A stretch of 63,188 nt of DNA, filler included, from Stramenopiles sp. TOSAG23-2 (Eukaryota): the NCBI GenBank assembly GCA_900128395.1. It is 14 parts of 14 records of this genome, joined end to end, with 100 filler letters (N's around TTAATTAATTAA, not from the genome) between each part and the next. Parts side by side here need not be neighbours in the genome. Positions count along the whole stretch, not along the records: positions 30,385 to 35,338 come from LT650768.1; positions 35,439 to 40,391 come from LT650769.1; positions 40,492 to 45,440 come from LT650770.1; positions 45,541 to 50,487 come from LT650771.1; 10 more parts are not named here. One strand, written 5' to 3'. The notes under the pieces were generated by a model, which was not told the DNA's origin, ran no database searches, and saw only the letters and a list, made by a program, of their open reading frames with translations. The position numbers and the translations under genes were made by a program. This document shows positions 35,281 through 45,625 of the stretch, piece after piece. The first letter of the stretch is position 1. Each line of letters opens with the position of its first letter.

Positions 35281-35611
35281 TAACGTTTTGTTTTTTTCAT
35301 AAAAAAAATTTTTCTCGAGAAAACGTTATATTGCTGCANNNNNNNNNNNNNNNNNNNNNNNNNNNNNNNNNNNNNNNNNNNNTTAATTAATTAANNNNNN
35401 NNNNNNNNNNNNNNNNNNNNNNNNNNNNNNNNNNNNNNTGATGCAAAAAATTACATTCATTCATTTTCAAAGGTGGATTTTGTTTTCCTGAAAATAAAAT
35501 TTTTTCTCGTAGTGCTATTACGGCCTAAATGACGTAATGCTATTCACCTACTATATATTTAAGGTTATTCTCATCTGCCAAAAGGTCTGCCATTAGATTA
35601 TCGAGTAGCTA

Positions 35612-36007
35612 GCTATGCCCATGCTATGTCCCTCAAAGAAGGTATTATTAATGCTATGCCCATGCTATGTCCCTCAAAGAAGGTATTATTAATGCTATGC
35701 CCATGCTATGTCCCTCAAAGAAGGTATTATTAATGCTATGCCCATGCTATGTCCCTCAAAGAAGGTATTATTAATGCTATGCCCATGCTATGTCCCTCAA
35801 AGAAGGTATTATTAATGCTATGCCCATGCTATGTCCCTCAAAGTAGGTATTATTAATGCTATGCCCATGCTATGTCCCTCAAAGTAGGTATTATTAATGC
35901 TATGCCCATGCTATGTCCCTCAAAGAATTTATTATTAATGCTATGCACATGCTATGTCTTTCAAAGAATTTATTATTAATGCTATGCCATGCTATGTCCC
36001 TCAAGAA
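35612..36007. repeat. 41-bp minisatellite, about 9.6 copies
   Basis: Unit GCTATGCCCATGCTATGTCCCTCAAAGAAGGTATTATTAAT starts at 35612, 35653 and so on to 35981. No spacers. Confidence 0.97.
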
Positions 36008-36388
36008 TCCTATCAAAGTACATAATTTATACTTGAAAGGGGAATTAGACTATCAAAACGTAGATATTCGAGCACGCGATCATCGAATTCCTAATTGCAT
36101 ATAAAACAGGCAAAATATAACAACATATGTGTATATCAGTTTTTCAATATCTTTCATTTAATTATTATTTGTGTGTGTGTGTGTTGATATTCGATATAGA
36201 TATATTGTTAAGATTATTACTAGAGAAAAGATATATTATTATTGTGTGTGTCTCTTTTTTTTTTTTTTGGTTTTTTTTTTTTTTTTAGATTTACAACATT
36301 TTAAATTTGAACTAAAAAAATACAACATTGAACTTTTTTTTTTTAGTACGAACAAGAAAACAAAATATAATAACAACAACAATAAAAG

Positions 36389-38382
36389 ATGCCTTCTTTA
36401 TGCCGTCATATAGCAAATATTGATAGAAGATTAAATACATATTTATATCATGGACCACCATGGAGAGCATTTCGTGTATGTGTATTATTTGTATTTACTC
36501 CATTACTCGTAATATTAGCATTTTTATTTTTAGCATCTAGTACAGATAGTGACGTTATGAAACATAATCAAGGGAAATATCTAGAACGACGTACGTATGC
36601 TGGTGAAGCTGCTGATGTATTTACGTTACCTGGTCATGGATTTAATAAAAATGCACAAGTAAAACTGCATGTACAAGCAGGATATTCAACATTAGTTGCA
36701 TCACATTTTGGTGATCGTAGTATGATGTACATATATATATGCGAATATGTAAGTATTCTTTTTTCTTCCTTTATTAAAGAAAAAAACTAACCCAACAATA
36801 ATACAACAATATATATATATAGGATCGATATATCGATGCATGGAAAAATCTGTTAAACGGTCGTAGACCAGTACGAGTACAAGGACGTGTACGTGAAGAT
36901 AAATCGATTTGTACGACTGAATTTTATTATAAAGGTAATGAAGAAGTTGGATGTAAATCCTTTCCATTAAAATTAAATACTAAAAATGAAACAATACGAT
37001 ATGAAGCAAGTTTAACGATTGATACGAAAATTGATTTTCTATCAGAAAAAATGGATGATGAATCTAAAACGAAACATGATGGTATTACCTATTATACCGT
37101 GTTATTAATGAATTGTGAAATTAAAGGCACATCGTACACCATGTCGCGAAATTGCCATAATTTAAATAGTGCAGAAGATGATCCATATGATACTAATTGT
37201 ACACGCCATCCACCATTTCGTAGTGAAGGTTTATGGTATACATATGATTATACATATTTAAATGAACCACCTGTATATTATTTATCTACATCGCAATTTC
37301 CATTCATTACCATGTTTAATGTTGGATTATGGGTATGGATCATCATTGCAACGTTATGGATATTAAATACATATTTATACCGTTTCGAAAGTGGCATAAG
37401 ATTGCAATGGCATATGTCCATCTTCGTAGTTTTAAAACCAATTATTATCGCATATCGTTTATTGTTTTGGGATACAGTTCGTTTAAGAAAATATGAACGA
37501 AAATTAGATTTTTTCATGATCATGACGTTAGGTACATATACATTTTATTATTGTATCTTGTGGGAATCATTGATGCGTTTGTCGCATGGGTGGATGATCA
37601 CGAAACCACGTTTATCTGCGCAAGGTAGATTTCATTTGTACAGCTCCGTTATCATATGGGGATTTGGCAATTTTGTATTTAATTATTTTTATTTATTTCG
37701 TAATGAAGGTTTAGGTATTGTTACCGTCGATTTGTCCAAAGATATGGTTGCATATTATTTAATAGCATTTGCATTATTAGCAACTGGTGTTAGTTATACG
37801 ATTATTTTAATGACCGTATGCCTTGCAACATCAAACATAAGCCACCAAATGTCAGACCAATTGCATGCATTGCAAACGCTTGGGATGGCTACGTCTGGCA
37901 CTGCCGTTTCCAATCGTAAACGAATGTTTGTTTTTTTATCAGTAGGTTTTACCTGTTATTTACTTTCATTATTTATTGCATGGTTTTGTGTTATTGCAAT
38001 TGATGATAGCACTTTATATTATCCATGGTTAAATGATTGTATTGAGGAAATATTAGAAATTGTATTTTTATCGTGGGTATTAATTACATTCCGTGCACGT
38101 AAATTTAATACAGTAGCATTGCAAACGGAAAATATGCGTGGTGGTGGATTAGGTCCAGTATATGAAAGAACAAATAGAGAGGAAGAAGTAGAACTTCCAA
38201 TTTCAACACAAGTATGTATTGTTAATCCAACGGAGGATGAAAATGCATTTATGACGAAATTATCATTTGGTATCCCAGCTGAAAATGTTTCACAATCAAA
38301 AAGTCCACGTGATGATGGTGGGGAAAGTAAAACGAAATATAAAGTTAATGAAGAGGAAGTTGTTGGTGGTAGTAGTACGTAG
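36389..38382 (+). CDS. GPR107/GPR108/TMEM87-like 7TM protein, two exons (36389-36748, 36823-38382)
   Basis: Splicing the 74-nt intron joins the 133-aa and 443-aa ORFs in frame. Luminal domain, then YLSTSQFP, seven hydrophobic segments and SHGWMITKPRL. Confidence 0.75.
36749..36822 (+). other. Spliceosomal intron, phase 0
   Basis: GTAAGT donor, ACTAAC branch point at 36786, TAG acceptor; splicing restores the reading frame. Confidence 0.88.
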
Positions 38383-38843
38383 GAGTGTGTTTTGTAAACA
38401 TATATGTGGCGTTAATGTCTTGTGGTCGATAATAGAAGGGGGGGATATGACGAGAAACGAGGAAGTACGAAAGTTGTTTACCAAAGGTTTATTTTTTAGT
38501 GTGTGTTCTATGAAGGAGATGAAACATAATAAATGAGGAGATGTGACACAGGGAGATTAAATTTATTTACGCTTTTGTCTTCGTACGTTAGAGAGTTCCA
38601 GGTGTTGTTTGCATGTGTACGTGTGTAATTCATATTCCATTTTAATATTTTATTACCCACATTCTCACCAAAGTGTGTTTTTAAAAGTTGTTTTTTGTTC
38701 CCTTTTTTCCCTTTTCCCTTCGTTCTTCATTCAATGCGGGTGTTGTTTTATGTCAATTGAATTCCATTTGAACTAAAAATATAAATTATATAGAAAATAT
38801 GTTGAAGTATATATACATAACAAGATATATATATATATACAGC

Positions 38844-39590
38844 ATGTCATCCATAACAGAACAAGAAGATAAGGTGGACGACGACGGTGATGATGACATT
38901 AAAAACATATACGATGTATGTGGTATACCAGGTTTGTTTAAACATATTTTAATATTTTTAAATGTTAAATCTATATTAAAAATGAGGGAGTCTTGTTTAG
39001 TGAAAAATTTAAGTCATACAAGTTTTAATGAGTGTGTAAGTGCAGCGGTAAGTGGGCCAAAACATTTGTTTGAGTTGTATCGAAGATATGGATTGGAGTT
39101 TCAAGGGAAATCGGCATTGGTATGTGCATGTGAAAAAGGACGTATGAATGATGTGGAATTATTTATAAAATTGCATCGTTTTCATAAATATATTGAGATG
39201 AAAGGTGTGAAAGAAGGTAATATGACATTGAACGAGATGGTGAATCAAGTCGGTAAAAATAGTGGTGGTTGGGGATGGACACCTTTAGTGGAAGCTGCAA
39301 GATACGAACATTTCGACGTAGTTAAATATTTAATTGAACAAGGTGAAGCTGATCTTGATATTGCAGATAGTGGTGGAGGGAATGCATTACATTATGCAGC
39401 ATGGAGGAACAAAAAGAAGACTGAGTTGATTGAATTGTTATTAACTAATATGTCTCTTAATAGCATTAATAAGAAGGACAGTGTGGGATGGACTCCCCTG
39501 GACTGTGCATATTTTAATAATAATCCAATTCAACAAGCGATCATTGATCTTACACGTTCGAAAGGTGGAAAACGTAGTAGTGAATTATAA
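38844..39590 (+). CDS. Ankyrin-repeat protein with a possible N-terminal F-box-like motif
   Basis: WTPLVEAARYEHFDVVKYLIEQGEAD, NALHYAA and GWTPLDCA. N-terminal IPGLFKHILIFLNVKSILKMRESC. Confidence 0.88.
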   Translation: MSSITEQEDKVDDDGDDDIKNIYDVCGIPGLFKHILIFLNVKSILKMRESCLVKNLSHTSFNECVSAAVSGPKHLFELYRRYGLEFQGKSALVCACEKGRMNDVELFIKLHRFHKYIEMKGVKEGNMTLNEMVNQVGKNSGGWGWTPLVEAARYEHFDVVKYLIEQGEADLDIADSGGGNALHYAAWRNKKKTELIELLLTNMSLNSINKKDSVGWTPLDCAYFNNNPIQQAIIDLTRSKGGKRSSEL

Positions 39591-39944
39591 AAATGGTAGA
39601 GATGTAGGAGGAGGAAATAATGATTTCAGTGATTAATAATTAGAGGAAGACGTTGAGGTGAAAGAGTTGTTCTGTATATAATTCATTTTCAATTTGAAAT
39701 ATTATCAAATATAAATTCCAATACAGCAAATAGATTGGAGGATCAAAGAAGGATGAAAGTTCAAAAAGTACGTACTCGTATTTTTCTAGGGAGACAGATT
39801 TAAAATATAATATTCTAGAATTTAATTTGCAATTAGTGAATTAATGATATATATTTAACAAATAACAAAGTTTAGTTTCAATCGTTGTTTATCTCTCTCA
39901 CAAAAACCACACCACGCACCACGCACACTCTTCTTAAGAGCGTT

Positions 39945-40391
39945 TTAATCATTTAAATCACCATTACCTTCTCCTACATTTCTACCATTTGCATCATGAT
40001 GATTTGCTTTTCCACCTTTTGAACGTATAAGATCAATGATCTCTTGTTTAATTGGACTATCATTATCAAAATATGCCACGTCCAGGGGAGTGTATTCCCC
40101 CCTGGTCTTCTTATTAATGCTATTAAGAGACATATTAGTTAGCAACAATTGAATCAACTCAGTAGTCGTTTCGTTATTCTGCACTGCTACATGCAATGCA
40201 TTCTCTCCATTACTATCTACAATATTAGGATCAGCTTCACCTTGTTCAATCAAATATTGAACTATTTGGACATGTTCGCCCCATGCAGCTACCATTAAAG
40301 GTGTACCATCATCACCATCACTATCTTTACCGAATTGATTCACGTGTTCTCTCAATGTCATATTATTAATACCCTTCATGCATGTAATAAA
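39945..40391 (-). CDS. Ankyrin-repeat protein, probably 5'-partial
   Basis: GTPLMVAAWGEHVQIVQYLIEQGEADPNI, NALHVAV and YTPLDVA. Convergent with its paralogue. Confidence 0.88.
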   Translation of the reverse strand, partial: FITCMKGINNMTLREHVNQFGKDSDGDDGTPLMVAAWGEHVQIVQYLIEQGEADPNIVDSNGENALHVAVQNNETTTELIQLLLTNMSLNSINKKTRGEYTPLDVAYFDNDSPIKQEIIDLIRSKGGKANHHDANGRNVGEGNGDLND

Positions 40392-40825
40392 NNNNNNNNN
40401 NNNNNNNNNNNNNNNNNNNNNNNNNNNNNNNNNNNTTAATTAATTAANNNNNNNNNNNNNNNNNNNNNNNNNNNNNNNNNNNNNNNNNNNNAAGAAGATT
40501 TTTTTAAAGATTGTAAACTTTGAATTTTATACGCGTGTATTATAAAGAAAAGAAGGCAATAATATTTGATTAAAATATTAATATTAACTGAATATAATAT
40601 TTATAAATGTATGGAGTTGACTATTAGAGAGGATCCTCTCTAGAGTTGACACATGGCGACTAAAAAGGAGAGGCGAGAGTACGAAAAAGAGAGGGTATAC
40701 ACAACACACTATTTAATACGGCTTCGTACGTACGAGTATTATATTTATTGCTACACAGATTTACGTCGTAAAATATATATTTTTATTTTAATAGCCATTT
40801 AATAATCTGCCGGGCATGCTGGCCC

Positions 40826-42820
40826 AAATCGTTTAATATAAGATATAGGATTATCTTCCAATAATATTATGTATAATTTATCTTACTTATACTCTCTCTT
40901 CTTCTTAGTGATCTATTCCAAGATCTCTCTCTCTGTATATCTCTTTCTATACAGTATATAATACACCATAAGTGTTATTATTGAATTATTGTATCGTATT
41001 CTATAGTATTCGCCTAGTATTACGATAACTCGATAATCAGACTTATAATAAATAATCGATTGGTACTATACAAATAACATGTATTGTGTTCATTTCCATG
41101 GACAAATAATGTTGGTGCTTTACGTATGTATATTGTAAATGTGTTCATTTGTACTTGTACTGTTCATTTTGTCTTAATTATAAACTTATCCAGTTATGTA
41201 TTACTACTTGTGACAGTCTTAAAGTCGCGTTACATTTGGTGCGTCTAAAAGGCTGTCTTACATTACGTATTAGCGCCTATACTATTCTTTAGATATTAAG
41301 GTATATTGGTCGACAGTTTTCATCAATACTTTTCTCCTCCTCAATCTTATAGCATATATATGTGTGTGCGTTTGTGCGGTCTTTTCGTTGGCACATATGC
41401 ATATATACACATTGACTATGTATTAGATTGATATGTATTCATGAAACTGTATTCGACTCGTGATATTGCATCATAATGATTGGTTGTTATTGTAGCGGCT
41501 CATTTATTCTAAAATTAATACTTAATTGTAAACGATTAATTAACGCGATCATAATGATAAACAATGAATTGATTAGTCTATGAATTTGTTTTGTATCATG
41601 CATATTATCTAACAAGAATATTTTAGTATTACTTGGGCAAATATAACATGATTTGATGAATGGGAACGATTCGAAGTAATGCAATCTTCATTTCAGATTG
41701 ATCAAATTTTCTGTCCTATATATTTGTAGACTAACCAGTACAAATATATATTCTTATTTCCGACAGATACGTTTACCCATATAAATGTGCAAAATGGCTT
41801 AGAACATGCGTTCTGCATCAACAGGACTGTTGCCTGTGAAAAAATATTTTGCCATCTCCATGTGTTTCTGAGGTGGTAATGCTTTGGTTAATATGTCAGC
41901 TAAGTTTTTATTAGTATCGCATCTAACTACTATTACTGTTTTATCTTGAACCATTTCTTGGACTAAGAAATGCTTAACAGCAATATGTTTAGTTCTCGAT
42001 GAACATCGTTTACTAAATGCAATTGTTAATGAGTAGATGTCAAAAACAAAAATGTGAAAATTTGAAAATTTTTATACTTGCTAGGGGGATAAAAAGTATT
42101 GGGCCCGTAACCAAATCGTTTAATATAAGATATAGGATTATCTTCCAATAATATTATGTATAATTTATCTTACTTATACTCTCTCTTCTTCTTAGTGATC
42201 TATTCCAAGATCTCTCTCCCAAATCGTTTAATATAAGATATAGGATTATCTTCCAATAATATTATGTATAATTTATCTTACTTATACTCTCTCTTCTTCT
42301 TAGTGATCTATTCCAAGATCTCTCTCTCTGTATATCTCTTTCTATACAGTATATAATACACCATAAGTGTTATTATTGAATTATTGTATCGTATTCTATA
42401 GTATTCGCCTAGTATTACGATAACTCGATAATCAGACTTATAATAAATAATCGATTGGTACTATACAAATAACATGTATTGTGTTCATTTCCATGGACAA
42501 ATAATGTTGGTGCTTTACGTATGTATATTGTAAATGTGTTCATTTGTACTTGTACTGTTCATTTTGTCTTAATTATAAACTTATCCAGTTATGTATTACT
42601 ACTTGTGACAGTCTTAAAGTCGCGTTACATTTGGTGCGTCTAAAAGGCTGTCTTACATTACGTATTAGCGCCTATACTATTCTTTAGATATTAAGGTATA
42701 TTGGTCGACAGTTTTCATCAATACTTTTCTCCTCCTCAATCTTATAGCATATATATGTGTGTGCGATACTATTCTTTAGATATTAAGGTATATTGGTCGA
42801 CAGTTTTCATCAATACTTTT
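40826..42820 (-). mobile_element. Non-autonomous, internally deleted Ty1/Copia LTR retrotransposon
   Basis: 508-bp direct repeats at 40826-41333 and 42221-42728 (junctions at 42113 and 42820). Minus-strand PBS GGTTACGGGCCCA at 42100-42112, PPT TTGAGGAGGAG at 41334-41344, RNase H remnant, and GCCC on both flanks. Confidence 0.9.
41799..42029 (-). pseudogene. Copia RNase H C-terminal remnant (not in the ORF track)
   Basis: Translates LTIAFSKRCSSRTKHIAVKHFLVQEMVQDKTVIVVRCDTNKNLADILTKALPPQKHMEMAKYFF..., containing the Copia RTKHI and ADILTK motifs. Confidence 0.92.
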
Positions 42821-42977
42821 GCCCGGCTGGCACATGCAACATGCATGCCCATATTAAAAATATAATTAATAAAATAATAGAATAAACTAAAAATATAGAC
42901 ATAAATAAGACAGAACCAAGGTAATTATACACCACCACCCTCCACCCTCCGCTTGGTAAAGAATTAGACAACTTATT

Positions 42978-43940
42978 ATGAACCCCCTTAACTACCACCC
43001 AACAGAACTTATAGAACAATTGGAAGAAAAATATATGAGTCATGGTGAGTATAATAATGCAGGCGGACATGATACAATTGAGGCAAATTATAGGCTTCAA
43101 GAACAATATGAACTGCATTGTTTAATGGAATGGAAAAGACGGGAAACAATACACTCATTACAAGCTCAAATGATACAAAACTACAGAGCGCAAAACCAGG
43201 CTCTTCAGGCAGAAGTTGAAGCTCTACGAGCCAATCAAACACCTGATGATGGCGATGTCAACGAAGATGAAGTTGTGATCAATGTTCCAGCTTACGATGA
43301 TGGCGATGTCAACGAAGATGAAGTTGTGATCAATATTCCAGCTTACATAAGCTGTAACATTGAACTCTATCACAATATATGTATACACCCTCATGAGGAT
43401 GTAAGTGATGCTTTAAAATGCGTGGGGAGTAATTTCAAGGCATTACGTGGAATGAATGCAACGTGGAAACAAAAATATCCTGCTTCTCGTAAGAGAACAA
43501 GAACAGGAACAAAGCCACACCGTGGCTTTATAAGCCTAAAAAAAAATGGCAAGGTTGTTTCAACAGTATTATTTAATATTGTTGAAGATGGTATTGTTGA
43601 AGGTGGTAAAGTATACGTCGAAATTTTTAGAGCATGCACAGATAAAGAACATAGAAAAAAAGGTTATATGGGTATTTTATTTTCTATATTACGCTCAATG
43701 GAAATGAAAGATTCTGAATTTCACTTTTTTGCTTGTATTGACAACAAGAGTATCGAATTCTACAAGAACGAAAGAATTTGTTTTGAGAAAAGTACTCGTA
43801 GTACGAAGCCACTTACCGCACTGAACTTTTCAGGTTATGAAGATCACCGGTTGAATCTATATGCAGCAATAGGAGAATGTTGCGAGGCGCAACTTCGTAA
43901 GATTTATGAATATTATATTAAGAATAGGCTAGTGGTATGA
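42978..43940 (+). CDS. GNAT-family acetyltransferase-like protein
   Basis: VVSTVLF...VEIFRACTDKEHRKKGYMGILF (acetyl-CoA motif A-like) and SIEFY. Internal 17-aa duplication DDGDVNEDEVVIN(V/I)PAY. Confidence 0.65.
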   Translation: MNPLNYHPTELIEQLEEKYMSHGEYNNAGGHDTIEANYRLQEQYELHCLMEWKRRETIHSLQAQMIQNYRAQNQALQAEVEALRANQTPDDGDVNEDEVVINVPAYDDGDVNEDEVVINIPAYISCNIELYHNICIHPHEDVSDALKCVGSNFKALRGMNATWKQKYPASRKRTRTGTKPHRGFISLKKNGKVVSTVLFNIVEDGIVEGGKVYVEIFRACTDKEHRKKGYMGILFSILRSMEMKDSEFHFFACIDNKSIEFYKNERICFEKSTRSTKPLTALNFSGYEDHRLNLYAAIGECCEAQLRKIYEYYIKNRLVV

Positions 43941-44112
43941 CAGCATTACGGTTCGTATCATATTAATAAAAAATATTTAAAAGTGTATTTTTTGCACATA
44001 TCATATTTAATATTGTTCTTTTATATTAAATCCTTTTTTATTACACGCACACGGCCGGCGACTTTTTACAGAAGTAACCCTACTCGACGAGATACCAACA
44101 ACCAAAACTTAT

Positions 44113-45161
44113 CTACACCAAATTGATCCCTTCATATTCATCGTAACCATATGCTAAATTTGCATTTTGCAATGCTTGCGTCGCAGCACCTTTTAATAAA
44201 TTATCAATCGTTGCTGTTACAACAATATGATTCGTACCATCTATTCATCGTAACCATATGCTAAATTTGCATTTTGCAATGCTTGCGTCGCAGCACCTTT
44301 TAATAAATTATCAATCGTTGCTGTTACAACAATATGATTCGTACCATCACCATTGCCAGTAGTAAAATTACCAACACATGCATAATGTTGTCCAGCATTA
44401 TCTACAACTTGAGGATCATCTAAAATTTTTACCAATGGTTCATTTTCATAATATTTTTCATACATATCGCGTAGTTCATCTGTACCAATTTCTTTATCTA
44501 CAACAGCATTTACTGTCAAATGTATACCTCTAAAATACGATGCAACATGTGGCATAAAATTTACATTATGGCCTAAATGTCTACTAACTTCTTTTTCATG
44601 TATATGATCTGTTAATTTATATGCCATTAAATTATCTTTTAATAAATCAACATCGTTTTTTGGTGATGGTGTTGTACCAGCACCTGAATACCCACTAACA
44701 CCAAATACATATGGAGAAGAATCACTTCTCACTTTAACATTGCTATTTGTATCTAGTAATGGCAATAAAGCTACTTGTGCACCTGTTGCATAGCAACCCG
44801 GATTTGATATTAAACTTGCTTTTTTAATTAAATCGCGATTAACTTCTGGTATACCATATGTCCAATCATCATCGAACCTATAATCAGCACTTAAATCAAT
44901 CATTTTTACACCCGCATCATCTGATAATACATTAACATATGGTTCTGCTAAACCATTTGGTAATGCAAGAAACCATAAATCAACATTTGCATTTTTACAA
45001 TCTTCAGGTGACATATTTGAAAACGTTATTTGTTTTAAATCTTCAAGGCCGTGGCTAGAAATCGTAAACCCTTGTTCTTCTGCTTGTTTTTGAACTATTG
45101 TACCTACGTTTTCACCTATTAAAGAGCGACTACTTGCATGAGTCAATGAAAAACCAGGATG
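44113..45161 (-). CDS. argC: N-acetyl-gamma-glutamyl-phosphate reductase, 5'-truncated in this assembly
   Basis: [35 protein letters not shown] and [13 protein letters not shown] 107-bp duplication (44135-44348) creates the apparent stop at 44241; the natural end is [12 protein letters not shown] at 44113. The N-terminal nucleotide-binding motif is missing. Confidence 0.93.
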
Positions 45162-45625
45162 ACACACAAATTAATTTTTTGCTTTTTTCATGTCAATATC
45201 GTAATATTTTTAACCGGTCCTCCTTTTCTCCCCCTTGTACCTACGTTTTCACCTATTAAAGAGCGACTACTTGCATGAGTCAATGAAAAACCAGGATGAC
45301 ACACAAATTAATTTTTTGCTTTTTTCATGTCAATATCGTAATATTTTTAACCGGTCCTCCTTTTCTCCCCCCTCACTCTCTCTCTCTCTCAAACATCGTC
45401 TTCCATTTTTTTCTTGGTATTATTATTATTATTATTATTANNNNNNNNNNNNNNNNNNNNNNNNNNNNNNNNNNNNNNNNNNNNTTAATTAATTAANNNN
45501 NNNNNNNNNNNNNNNNNNNNNNNNNNNNNNNNNNNNNNNNATGAACGGGAGTAAAAGAAATTTATATAATATATGAGTAAGAGAACATTTTATATACGCA
45601 CACACAAAACACCTCTTTTCCTTTT

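Noticed and set aside
35612-36007. CRISPR-like array
   Set aside because: Units are contiguous with no unique spacers, there are no cas genes, and the context is eukaryotic.
42113-42820. Apparent tandem or nested LTRs, and identical LTRs implying a very recent insertion
   Set aside because: The block 42219-42765 copies the left LTR together with its PPT-side flank, and the final overlap 42766-42820 is exactly 55 bp, a common de Bruijn k-mer size. This suggests collapsed-repeat scaffolding, so LTR identity cannot date the insertion.
45099-45440. argC lacking its N-terminal Rossmann motif as a biological novelty
   Set aside because: The break coincides with a duplicated block near the contig end and there is no usable splice acceptor, so misassembly or a chimera is more likely.
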